The notes under the pieces: model-generated
Told to the model about the DNA's origin: nothing
Seen by the model: the letters and a program-made list of their open reading frames with translations, nothing else
Databases searched by the model: none
Part shown: positions 40,701 through 52,757 of the stretch, one piece after another
Numbering within the stretch: position 1 is the first letter of the stretch
Layout of the letters: every line of letters starts with the position of its first letter
Made by a program: the position numbers and the translations under genes
From: Balanoglossus misakiensis
Taxonomy: Eukaryota > Animalia > Hemichordata
DNA: 64,000 nt
Direction of reading: 5' to 3'
Assembly: GCA_040954595.2 (NCBI GenBank)
Contig: CM082583.2
Location: 3,481,060 to 3,545,059 of the forward strand

Positions 40701-43700
40701 ATGAAAACAACTCGTCTTTTGGACCGCGAGAAGCAAGATACATATCTATTTTCAGTATTGATTCTTGAAAATGAGTGCTTAACAGGAAGGGAGGTGAGTA
40801 CTTTTGGAAACTATTACATGTTATTGGTCACCTTTAAAGGGTTTATGACATGCTTTGAAAAGTTTTCATTTTTCCCCATCTAAAGCTCACCTAGGGTACC
40901 CGTCTATGCATTGCCTATCGTGTCGGTTCCGAAAAATGTGCGCGAATGCCGGAATTTGCCCCCTTTTTTCATGCCTGTGATCAGGGAGCCACTTCGCACT
41001 CGAGCCAGGCGAAGGTATTTGCATATGGACAAACAAGTACACTACGTCGTAGTGTACCATTCTGTTTACAGTAAAGTGTAATTAGCGGTCCATGAGTAAT
41101 TAAGTCCACAGACAAAGGCAAGCTACATAAACAGTGTTCAAAGCAAAGGAAGCCCTTGCCTCACATTACAGGCAGAGGATTTACAAAGGTGTGAAAGACT
41201 ATTTGTCCACATCAAGATAAGTCTTCAGCTTAACTTCGAAAAGCCGAAAAAAATCGACTGAGTTGGGTTAGGGGTACACGCCCACTCGTCACTTTTACTT
41301 GCCTGTTATCTAAGCACAGAGGGTGATACGCAATGCAAGATAGTAACATACGTTAACTTCAAGACCCAAAGAGTGATTTTACGCGTGGTTGTATAGGGCA
41401 TGGCGTGGGACCTTTAATCCATTGCGTTGTATATCGAAAGACAGGTTGAAACCTAAAACCCCCAAATTTACTGTAAAATGCACTACTGTATCTGTCATTG
41501 AAAGGAGGGCTCTTTGAAGGAATATATTTTGGCCTATCCTTGATATCTTATCAATGTTTGATGGATTGTGAAGAACTGTAATAATATCGTTATTTTTACC
41601 TTCACCTTTCAGCTATATTTTGAAATCAGAATTGAAGATGTCAATGACGAAGAACCGTTCTTCCTCGAATCATCTTACGTTAAAACCATCCCAGAAGACT
41701 TTGGCTCACCTGATGCGATACGTAGTATTCCAATGGTATGTAAAGAAAGCCACCTGTCGCCTGCTTTCGTAATGCCACTGTAGATATACAAAATGTCACA
41801 ATTGGTTCTTTTAGGACTAATGCTGGATTATTTAACATATACCACGTGTACCAGTGCATTGTGAGACTTAATAGTTATTATAAAAACAGAGGAAAGACAA
41901 GTGATGTGTTAAAAAAATGTATGCTTGGGACTCAATGTGTACCATAGTCATTTTATAAATTTCATTGGAAATTCTGTAGGCTACAGAATTCTATAGATAT
42001 CTTTAGAATCTTTCTCGTAAGTGGGGTACGTTACATCAGGTGCCTGTTTTCCAGTCTCTTATTGCTTTTTCCTATTGGATATGTTTATCAGGTTCCACCA
42101 ATTATGGCAATGGACAATGATATAGGAATCAATGCAGATATAAGGTACTTTATAAGTGGATACGGAAGTGAATTATTCATCATAGATCCGAAGAATGGCT
42201 CGGTTTGGACCAAACCGAATCCTAATCTTGATTATGAAAATACTACATCCTATCATCTAACGCTGACTGCCAAGGACCTCGATGGTGCTGAGGGTGGGAA
42301 ATCAACCGACGTGGATTTCATTGTGGTAATTTCTGATGTTAATGACAATGTGCCGATATTTACCAGACCAGCCAGGGAAATTTTCACACCAGAGAATATA
42401 GAAATTGGAACTCATATTGAAACAATAAGAGCCACGGATGCTGACGCTGGGATGAATGGAAACATATTGTACTACATCAAGGATGGCGATGTGGGAAAGT
42501 TCAACATTGATTTGACCACAGGTGAATTGTTGACTGTTTCAGAGCTGGACAGAGAAGAAAAGCAGTCTTACCATTTGATCATTGCTGCAAGAGATCAAGG
42601 TTCTCCAGTACAACAATCAACGGTCGATGTTTACATAACAGTAGAAGATGAAAACGACAATGCCCCTGTCTTCAATATGCCATTTTATTCCATTAATGTA
42701 CTTGAAGAGAGAAACTATAGCTCACCTATAGCAACAATCACTGCTTATGACCAGGATGCTGGTTCAAATGGTGATGTTGATTATCTTAGCAGTGATGATA
42801 CTTTCTCCGTTGATGAAGATGGAAAAATGTTTCTAACGACTGTGCTTGACAGAGAAACCCCCGGCAAAGACACATATTACCTGACAGTCACTGCTTTTGA
42901 CAAAGGAGTGCCACCACAGTCCTCATCTGTGCAAGTTCTCGTCATCGTTGATGACATCAATGACCATGACCCTAAGTTTTCACGTGGAACATATACATCA
43001 ACCGTGGTATTTCAACCCGATGAAGATATTGAACCTGGGTTGCTAGTCACGGTCGTTTCCGCAGAAGACAATGACATTGGAACAAATGCTGAGATCAACT
43101 ACGCAATACAGGAATACGAAAGCTATTTTAAAATATCTCAAAACGGAGTCATCAGGACCAAAACCCAGTTTTCTCCGCCGGGACCCGATATCGCCTTCAA
43201 TGTGACAGTGACAGATAACATGCTTAGTGGCATACGAGACACCGCAGTAGTATTGGTAACTTTCGAAGAAATTACATACAACGTCCGATTCAACGAGAGC
43301 GTTTACCAATTCCGGGTGAAAGAAAACGAGCAAAACGCTGTCATAGGAACTGTTACTGCGACTAGTGACCAGCAGACTGAACTTGTTTATTATTTGCCAT
43401 TTGAAGTACCTTCTATCATTCTCAACAATATGACAGTAAGTAACACAGTTTTACACAGGGGTGTGAAATCACAGGGGTCTGAAAACGTCTATCATTTTAT
43501 TGTCCTGTAAGAGCTTCATGAGTTACGTTCATCGTTCTGTTTTGCCAGGGTGTAATTTCCACAACAGAACCTATTGATAGAGAAGAGAAGACGATGATTC
43601 TATTCAATGTGTTGGCTAAACACACTGATGGATCAAAGGGATATGCTTTCACAACGGTGAGTTGTCTTAATACCTTTGTTTTATATCCTGTGTAAAGTTG

Positions 43701-45639
43701 TGATGTATATACATAAAGACAGCATGTTTGTTCTGATGTTGCTATTGTAAAATATCATGCTATGATTGAGCCACTTCATTTTCCATTCCTGCAACAAAAC
43801 TTCATTGTCACGCAGTCATCGCAGAATGTAACAAAAGATCAAATTATAGGATGCCATTATGTCCAATGTTAAAGAGAAAACATTAAGCAGTAGTGTGACA
43901 GCACCACACTGATAATTAACCATCAAATAAATATTTTCAGGAGATGTCACAATTATTTATTTTTGAATATCTATTACAGGTGAATGTAACAGTGGAAGAC
44001 GACAATGATCAAGTGCCTAAGATTGTGTCTCCGCGAGAGTCGACACACTTTATGAGGATAACGGAGAACAACAATTTCAGATCGTTGCTATTGTTGGAAG
44101 CAGAAGACAACGACCAAGGTTCCAATGCTGAAGTTGAGTTTATCATCCTCAGTGGAAACCAACGTAAGCTTCTACTGAAAATTCTTAAGCATTATAATGA
44201 CCACATTAAACTTAAATCACACACAGGTAGGTCTTTCGAGTTGAAAGTAACAAATCTTGTTTATTTTGCACAGGTAACAACTTTGAAATTGTCAACAGTA
44301 TCGACTTCAGAGTTAGAGAAGTTGACAGAGAAGAAGAGGACTTCTATGAACTTGTCATAATGGTAAGTATTTTTTTACTTTATATTTATAAATTTCTGAA
44401 TGACTTGTGGAACAATGTTTGAACCCATCAGTAAATCAAATATTCCTCACTTCAGTAATCAGTTTTATTCATTTTTGGCAGGCCAGAGATCGTGGTGACA
44501 CTCCCCTTAATTCAACAGTAAGAATATTGATTGAAATATCAGACGAAAATGACAACCGTCCAATACTACACATGGAATCTACAGTGATCAATATCACAGA
44601 AAACATTCCAACAGGATCAGTAGTAAGCAAATTTATGAATGTTTTTCAATTCCATTCTTACAGTAGTAATATTGGTATTTCAGTTAATCCTTAAAAAATA
44701 TTAAACTTGTCGACCAGTACTGCCACAGGGTGTGTGACCAATCTTGGATGTTTAACATGGTAACTATGATGGTGACTGTTTATTCCTAGGTTGCTCATAT
44801 CAGCGCCATTGATTATGATATCGGTAGCAATGCAATCACCGCATTTCATCTTGAAGATAATTTGAATCAAACATTTGCCATTAATGGTGAGTACCTGATT
44901 ATTAATACTTTATTTATCATTATCTTGTTTATTTATGTATTATTTTGTTTGTTTGTTTGTTTGTTTGTTTGTCCAACAAATTAGTTACCATTAGGTCACT
45001 TGATGTTTTCTAGAAACATCTGGAGTACTACGCACCATGAAGACCATTGACAGAGAAAAACAAAGCAACCACAGCCTGACCGTAGTAGCAGTGGACAACG
45101 GTGCTGTGAGTTTGTCCTCTGAGCCAGTTAGCTTTGCAATTCTGGTGCTTGACAACAACGACAATGCACCACAGTTCCAAGGGTTGCCCTACCTAGTGGA
45201 TATTCGAAAAGATTCTCCACCTGGTACATTTGTGTTCACTGTGAGTGCAACAGATAAAGATTTGGGGAGAAATGCAGATGTGACATATGCATTGGCTGGT
45301 GAGTATTTTTGATTTAAGAACTTATTATTTAATAATCCCTTATTGCCAGGTTCTGTCAGTGATATAGCTACTGCGATATCAAATTAGAGCTAATACTAAA
45401 ACTATAATACACTTATCTTGCTGTTGTAGGTTTTGGCAACTGCCTTGCAGATCTATTTGTGATTAATCCAATTGCCGGTGAAATACACACAGCTGATTAT
45501 CTCTACCGAGAGCCATCAGGGATTTGTCATCTTGAAGTTATTGCAACAGATAATGGTACAGATTCAACAATGAAGACTGCTACCAATGTAAGTATACAAA
45601 GATTATTATATCAGATCTATATGATAGTGGTGGTGGTGG

Positions 45640-45694
<55 letters not shown>

Positions 45695-48600
45695 AATGAT
45701 GATGATGATGATATGAGATTGTCCGTCTGGTAAGAACTTGTAAATTTGCAATTAAGAATGTATTTCCTACCCTTCCCTTTCAGGTGGAGGTTAATATTCT
45801 TCAGGTGAACCATCCACCAAAATTTGAGTCTAGCATCTACAAAGCATTTATGGATGAAAATGCTGAAATTGGTGCGCTTGTGGAAACTCGGCCAACAGCT
45901 CAGCCAAAAGCAGTAGACAGTGACGAGGGGTCATACGGCATAATCATATATGAAATTCATTCTGGAAATACAGATGGTGAGTCGTATTTCTGATCCAGTA
46001 AAACAGCAAAATGTACCGGTATGGTGTTTCAATTAATTCTGTGGTGATGAGAGAATTATAGCCTCCTTTGCATTTCAGATATAAGAAGATCAATTCACAA
46101 TGGGTCCCAACTTTTCTTTGATCCTGTAAATTCATTTGGTTGGCAGATTGGTTCCACATGGATCCAACCACCGGACAGATATCCGTGAACAAAGAACTGG
46201 ACAGAGAAGAAATGGAAACTGTTGCCTTGATCATCGAAGCTCATGATAACAACACGATAGACAGGCAGTCAGCAACAGCATTACTTAACATAACCATCGG
46301 TGATGTGAATGACAATGGTCCGAAACTACAGAATAGTTTGCCTCGAGTCAGTATTCCACAGGTAATATTAATTTATTATTTATGCTGTTCAGCAGCTAGA
46401 AGTGGCCAGGATGTATAACCGGTAATGGTGAAAAGATCTAACACAGTGCTGATATTATAGGGTTTCACCATAACTAAACTTAAATACTATGTTATAAAAC
46501 TATTCGCAATAAACTGATGTACAAAATCTCCAATTACTAGGATTCCAACCCAGGATATGTTGTAGGAGTGATACACGCCAGCGATCGAGATTCAGGAGTG
46601 AATGCAGAATGTCGCTACTCGGCCACAGTTGTTACTGATTTAGGATTTGGTGCAGTTGATCCTTCTGATTACTTTGATGTTAGTGAAGAAAATGGAACCA
46701 TTACAACGACAGAAAAATTGCACAATTTGACTTTGGCATCTCCTGTCAATATACAGGTAAGTCACAAACAACACTTTTTTAATCATTGAAAGGGTTAATC
46801 CTAAACAAGTCGCTCAATATCTGGAAACATTTCTGATTTTGATTTTTAATCTGTTGTTGGTTACACAGCTTATCGTTTCTGCGGAAAACAAAGAACCGAT
46901 GGCGCCAAGATCCGTTGAAAATAGAAGAGACTATGCGCGAATGATTGTCGTCTTGCAATATTCGTATACGCCTACATGTGGACAGGGTAAGACCGCAGCT
47001 TATACTTATATTTACTTATATTAAAAGCCTAAATTGACCATATATAGGCATATGTTAATTAGAGGTGACCATATACCTTTAAGCTGATATCTTTTCGTGT
47101 CTGTAGACAAGTATCTGGTGACGATACCAGAAGACATTGCGCCAGGAAGCAGTTTAAATATCACCATTGACCCTGACAACAACAAACCCAAACCTGAGCT
47201 TGTGTATTCTATAAAAGCTGGAAACGAAATGGCAAGTATATACCGTACACCACTTCTTCTTGACTTTCTGCATAGCCATTGTTGGCACAATTTACTTTTT
47301 GATGATTCGATACTCAGTTTGTTTGACCAGGGTACTTACTCATAAACTCTCTGGTGAAGAATGGGGCGCAGTAAATTCAATATCCGTCGTCAGATCCCAC
47401 AAGAGGAATCATGTACATATTGATGAGTTTTAAAATTTTCCTTTTTGATTCATAATACAATTGCTATCTTTCAGGGTGCCTTTTCTATTGATGCTGTAAC
47501 TGGCCAAGTGTTCATTGAGAAAATAGCTTCTGACAGTTACAACCTAACCATTTCCGTTCGAACCCGGTCAATACAGATTGCCGGCGGAGAAGGGTGAGTT
47601 GTCTGAATTTTGAAAGTAGTGGAATTAAATTAAGTTTTCTCGAACCTTGCACAAGTAATCATTCTAATATTACTAAAAAAGATGTAAATAAACATTTTGT
47701 AGGATACATGTATTTTTAGTTTGGAAGAAACTTGTTAACATAATTCTTCTTTCTCTCCAGATTGTGTTCTCTGATTGTTGGTGTCGTGAGCAGTCAAACA
47801 ACAGAGATGGTGCCACTAACAACGGAAGACACAAGTAAAAACCAAACTTTCATTATAAGCATCTTGTACTTTCCCTGTAACGTTTTGTTTGGTATAGACA
47901 GGTTTCTGAATTTGGCAGAGTTCAGTGTAGACAAGTTCACTGTGCATAGAAGATTCCAACACAAGCTCATACATGTAGCATTTAAAAAATCATCCAGAAA
48001 TGTTTTGTTTCACAAATTTATTTTATATATCTGTTGTAGTTCCCCCAACTGATGTCTTTTCGAGAGAGGCAATCATCATAATTGCCATATTGGTAACAGT
48101 GATAGTAATTATCTGGTTAATTATTATAACTTTGATGATCGTGTACTACTTGCAAATGTAAGTATAACTCGGTTGTTGTGGAATCATTCGTGGATGTGAG
48201 GTCATGTTTGTTAGTATATGTGATATCAAATCAGGGTAATTATAAATATCATATTCCTAATCATCATATTCCTTATCATTTTAAGGCTTTCTGTTTGGCC
48301 TGTGTAAGACATTCTCTTGAAAGCCTTGTATATGTTTGAATTGTTCAAATATGTTAGTCAAAGGAAATGTTTACATTGTCTGTAACTTGGATTTTTTCAG
48401 CCGAAAGTCCCAACCACCAAAACAGCAAACAGAATATAGAGAAAACCCATTGAAGGTCAGTAATATCACCATGTCCACTTCAGGCAATCAATTAAAACTC
48501 AATAACAGATGCACAAAAGCTGTTCAATGTTAAGACCTGAGGAACAGGAAATCCATACATCATGAATGTCAACTCAGATTGTTACAACTCAGCCTCTGTA

Positions 48601-48985
48601 TCACTGGCAAGACAACATTCCATCAATTTTCTAACCGTAACATTCATTTTGTCCACAGGGCTTGTCATTACCCAAACCTTCAAAGTTGCCAATACCACGT
48701 GTATCATACAACCATATGCTATCACGCCCTCTTCCAGTAGAGCCTAATACTAGTGACACGGAATCCATAGAAAGTCTGGAATATCAAGATTATCTCGTCG
48801 TCAGTCCACAGCCTTGGAGTCAGGAAGAGGACAACAGAAGTGATGGATTCACGCACACTTACTTAGAGATGCATCATAACAATGAAAGCCAACCGGAAGG
48901 AAATCATCCTGGAAGGGACAATTACCCGGAATACTTACCTGATCCTGATTATGATTTAGATACTGGAAACGCCGAGAGACAGTAG
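21920..48985 (+). CDS. Giant type I membrane protein: C-type lectin / sushi(CCP) / F-type lectin / mucin array + EGF + ~14 cadherin repeats + TM; 60 exons, ~4290 aa
   Basis: Exons join in frame (sum 12870 nt): 21920-21980, 22732-22752, 23060-23482, 23775-24002, 24619-24804, 24959-25174, 25338-25529, 25764-25844, 26132-26320, 26455-26658, 27130-27348, 27571-27759, 28132-28551, 28743-28961, 29169-29345, 29484-29543, 29699-29905, 30108-30290, 30540-30707, 30874-31092, 31204-31338, 31457-31645, 31834-32253, 32421-32639, 32770-32946, 33084-33143, 33289-33495, 33892-34074, 34262-34417, 34661-34879, 35306-35512, 35705-36118, 36275-36484, 36826-37002, 37240-37281, 37563-37772, 38054-38263, 38575-39021, 39154-39261, 39459-40288, 40695-40793, 41613-41735, 42092-43435, 43549-43656, 43980-44163, 44274-44362, 44482-44622, 44790-44886, 45014-45298, 45430-45587, 45784-45976, 46147-46361, 46541-46756, 46869-46986, 47107-47231, 47475-47593, 47761-47834, 48040-48157, 48401-48455, 48659-48985. 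Confidence 0.88.
23060..38263 (+). CDS. Lectin/complement-type array: 4 C-type lectin, 12 sushi/CCP and 5 F-type lectin domains
   Basis: CTL exons at 23060, 28132, 31834, 35705 (GSCY..A..YC..G.YLA.I.S..E..F, W.W.SG..W.Y, xPN, ..C....ICE). CCP exons with C..P..P..G...(Y/F).C..GY.L.G...L.C...W....P.C. F-type lectin exon pairs with N(I/L)A....QSS...A.DG..CTHT..PWW.V.L and L.LCEV.V.G. Confidence 0.92.
30331..30479. repeat. (CATA)n microsatellite
   Basis: About 37 units, intronic. Confidence 0.97.
30945..31030 (+). repeat. 15-bp coding minisatellite (VT[T/S]P[E/D])n in a mucin exon; paralogous copy ~34720-34810
   Basis: (A/T)CACCAGA(A/T)GTTACA units. Confidence 0.8.
37878..38001. repeat. Compound pentanucleotide microsatellite (GATCT)n/(GACCT)n/(GATAT)n
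   Basis: Directly visible in an intron. Confidence 0.95.
39154..39261 (+). CDS. EGF-like domain exon joining the lectin and cadherin halves
   Basis: DFCVGQPCWNGGICASEYTDYVCYCRQKFIDKQCKT; six Cys; phase 1-1 exon. Confidence 0.9.
39459..47834 (+). CDS. About 14 extracellular cadherin repeats
   Basis: Repeated xE, LDRE/DYE and DxNDNxPxF Ca-binding motifs (DVNDNAPVF, DVNDEEPFF, DVNDNVPIF, DENDNAPVF, DINDHDPKF, DDNDQVPKI, DENDNRPIL, DNNDNAPQF, DVNDNGPKL). Confidence 0.95.
40838..41413. mobile_element. Possible Kolobok-type non-autonomous element
   Basis: TTAA|AGG...CCT|TTAA boundaries with only a weak TIR; GC-richer than the surrounding intron. Confidence 0.35.
45640..45712. repeat. (GAT)n microsatellite
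   Basis: Intronic; explains the poly-Met/poly-Ser ORFs. Confidence 0.97.
48040..48985 (+). CDS. Transmembrane helix and cytoplasmic tail exons
   Basis: AIIIIAILVTVIVIIWLIIITLMIVYY followed by RK; tail ends ...NYPEYLPDPDYDLDTGNAERQ*. Confidence 0.88.
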
Positions 48986-51900
48986 AATGTAATATTAGAA
49001 AGGAGGTCCTAGTTTAATCAAGGCACTGGTATCAAAGCCAATATTTTATTGTTAAAATTCATTGTCTGCCAAGTGAAATGTATAACTGTCAGTTAATTCA
49101 TACAGGTGTATGAATAATTTGTGAGATGTCAATTCATGGAACCTAAAAGGCATAACGATCAAATGAGAATATAATTAAAACACAGTTAACATTGCTGATC
49201 AGAAATGTAAACAGATGCAACACAACACAAATGTAACAAGACAGCAAAAAAATATACAACACTGTACTGGTATATTGATAATACTGTTCATTTATGCTTA
49301 AAAGCACTGCACTTTAAATGTATCGCAAAATCTGTCGGCATGTAACACATAGTCATCAGATAATTCCAAATTTGCTTTATATAGGATGCTTGACTACACA
49401 CATTCAGTTTTCTGTTCTTACATAAAGTTGAAAAATCACCATTCTTGTATATGTACAAAAGGACTTTACCCTAAAAATTGCAACAAAAGGTTTCTCAATG
49501 TTTTACTGTTTGTAAAAGTCTACCAAATTATGTTGGATGCCGCCGCATATTTTTCCATATTTAAGAATATCGTATAATTTTCTTGTGTTAAAAATATATT
49601 GTATGTCAAGGAATGTTTAATACAAAAATAGAGATAAATTGGGCGCAAGATTCATGGCATGGGAATATTACAGTTTTTTTATGTAGGTTTTTGAGGAATT
49701 TCGAACGCATGTTAATCTATTAATATACACTACAGACTGAATGTCCTGCACATGGCGCGCTTGCCGGGCGCGCTCAGTGGCTTGCTGCGCGCGCCAGTGG
49801 GCTCGGTCCCTCCGGGCCCAGCAGGCCCATGGGCCCGCAGGGCTTGCTAATTAAATGTGTTTGGTGGGCCCGCATTCGGGCCCACCGGGCCCAGCTAGCC
49901 CATGGGCCCGCTGCGCTTGCTGTGTTTGGCGGGCCCGAATGAACACATGAGAAGTCTGCCAGTCTTAGAATGAGAAGAAGGCATGTCTGAGAACTCTGGA
50001 GTTAAGAATTGGGCTAGCATGTCACCGGAATAAATTTAATAATAGACGTTTCGTGTGTGTCTGCATGTGTCCGAGATGTAATCAATGTGTCATGGTTTAC
50101 CACGACAAATTCTAGCTCAGTCTTCTTGATCGGGCCTAGATTGATCATTGCAACCTAATCATCAAAGTTAGCAAACATGTAAGATCGTTCGCATTTGCCT
50201 GAGGTACCACCTCGATCGGACTGTGACTCGATCTCTCTACATGATGTGATGTCGTCGATCGACGCCATGTTTGTTTACATGATTGTACAATCGTGCGTAG
50301 CTATGGTCTGACGCAGGGACTCTCTACCTGTTTCATCGCCTGGTAAATTAGATGGATATTCTCAAAACAGTAGAATGTATATTGTGTTCTGATTGCATTC
50401 TTCGTGTGTATCAAACTTTTATTTTATTTTATTGATTTCCTTTTGTTGTCAGCCACATGCGAGTAGCCTTGCCAATAAACAGTCGTGTTTACTCGGTAAA
50501 CAAGTGGAATCACTGACTTGCCTCAAAAACAACAGTAGCAGGTGTAGTTCATTTCCGTCCTACCTCCATGCAACATACAATCCGCATCAAAAAAGCACTC
50601 CTGAAGAACTATGAAATGTCTAGCTTGTGTTCATTCTGTCAAACAATTGCATGGACTCCAGCCATATTCAATGCCAGTTTAAGTAGATCTTAAACTCACC
50701 GTCAGTGAGTTAGATACAGGTGCACACATACATGTATGACACTATTGTGAAGTAACATTTTTTCTATTTTAGAAAATGTGAAAAATAATAGGGAAAATTT
50801 TGAGTTTACATAAATGTTACAAACTATACAGCAAGTCACATCAGAGTAGAATAAAATGTCCTCAAGTACAAATAAACAGCAAAACGGGAAAATGCATCGA
50901 TGTCGGAACTACTAAAGTTCGAGAATCAGCTCTGAATTTATTCAGTAATCTAGTGCTTGGGGCGGAAACTTAAATGCAGAACACACTCTCTCGATATGCA
51001 AATATAACTTATTGAAACTCGTTGCCATACGAACAAATGACCAGGAACCATCGACACGGCACAGTCTACTAGTATATATACATGTACACTGAGAAGCCAT
51101 AGAGACGTGCATGTTCAAATAGACCTTCTGAATAATGATCTATCGAGCAACAACAACAAAAACGAAAAGATCCTTTGTACATTAAATACGACCGAACTTT
51201 GCTCTCGTTTGTGGTACTGTGTGTTTTGAAATACAGGAGTCGACAAATGTGACGTGTAATACTAGTAATTTGTACACAATTTTCTTTACCCCAATACAAA
51301 AATGCCTTTCAGCACAGAAAAAACAACAAAGCAACGCCATTATCGTTAACACCTAATTGTTTCTCCCAATTTGAAGTGGTCTCTTTCGAAAAGGATTCGT
51401 CATGAGAGTTACTCATTGTACAAACTGACCACCTGTCAGACATTGTGGATTTTCCTTACATTAATTTCTGCTTTCTATCCGAGTGCAGAGCGGGAAAACC
51501 CGCTGAGGCTATACCGCTGTCAGAAGAAACAGCGAGGGCTTCGAACGTACTTTTATTTTTCACACTTAAATCACTGCTCGTAAATTAATGCATCAAAAGT
51601 AAAAGTTTCCTTTTTCCTTTTAAATTTAAAAGTATATATGGCCTATGTCACGATCAATATTGCGATTGTGTTTATAACTAGCATAGCTGCAATAATTAGA
51701 GTGATGGGTAGCTATTTTCGCTTGGTTGAATCACGGTCACTCCACAAGGGTCGCGGACGTAGTCAGAATTATGGACGAAAAAGTCGGAACAATCAAGCCC
51801 GAGAGTATACTGCGAGCAGTCATACGCATTGATACTCATATGAAATCAACAATGAAGAATAATCTGCATAACAGGAAAAAGAAAGCCTCCTGACCACTAG

Positions 51901-52757
51901 CCTGCACATTAGTAAATCACAGGTGTGAATGGGGTGGGCCCCGGGAGGTAGCCTTTGGTCAGTAGGATCGTACCAGCTACCTCATAAATGTATTTTTCAC
52001 TAATTTGTGCGATCAAGTTTTTCTCCTCAACATGATCTCCAAAACTATAGAGTCTATTGCAGATTCAAAGTCATATCCAGGGAATCCACAGATCGCGGTT
52101 CGTGTTTTCTTGTGTTTATATTTAGCTGGAATAATTGTAACGGCACCGTGTCGCAGTTTTTGGTGTAGATGCCCGCACACTTACATGCAATGGACCGCAG
52201 TTACGTTGCGCGGTCGTGATGTAAATTTAGGAAATAGTGATACACTGCATCTATTAAAGCTTATCTTTGTTTCAGAGTAAAAATCTACCCGCTTTATCTG
52301 TACTGTATCTCCCAGCGCCCACGGGTGTTACATGTTTATGCTCGGCCAGCCACGTTCTTCAGGTTGTTATCACCTTTTTGTTCGTCAGTACAATAAAATA
52401 TGTGTGAACTCAATGAACAAAAACTTCTGAAGTCAGTACATTTTTGTCTGTGGTTTGTTTTAAAAATACAATTTGATGCGCCGGTCACTAGGATCCTAGG
52501 GTCATAGTTCTGAGTGTCAGGCTCATGAAAACAAGAACAATCTATGACTCAAATATTAGATACATACTAGTATTGTAATTTGCGTCTTACAAAGCACAAT
52601 AATGTGACTTCATCCATTTCCCAAACAGAGAAACTACGACAAATCAGTCAGAGTATCGACCACACTGTTGTCTGTGATCGACAACACGTATACGCGCGTC
52701 CGTTCACCGCGACAATAATGTGTGTAACGATCGTTCAATTCATTCGATCAGGCACTA

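Noticed and set aside
45459-45813. Poly-Met and poly-Ser ORFs
   Set aside because: Read-through into an intronic (GAT)n microsatellite after the real donor at 45587.
695-48985. Functional link between ELP1 and the lectin-cadherin gene
   Set aside because: Adjacency alone; ELP1 has its own stop and polyA signals, and the second gene has its own signal peptide.
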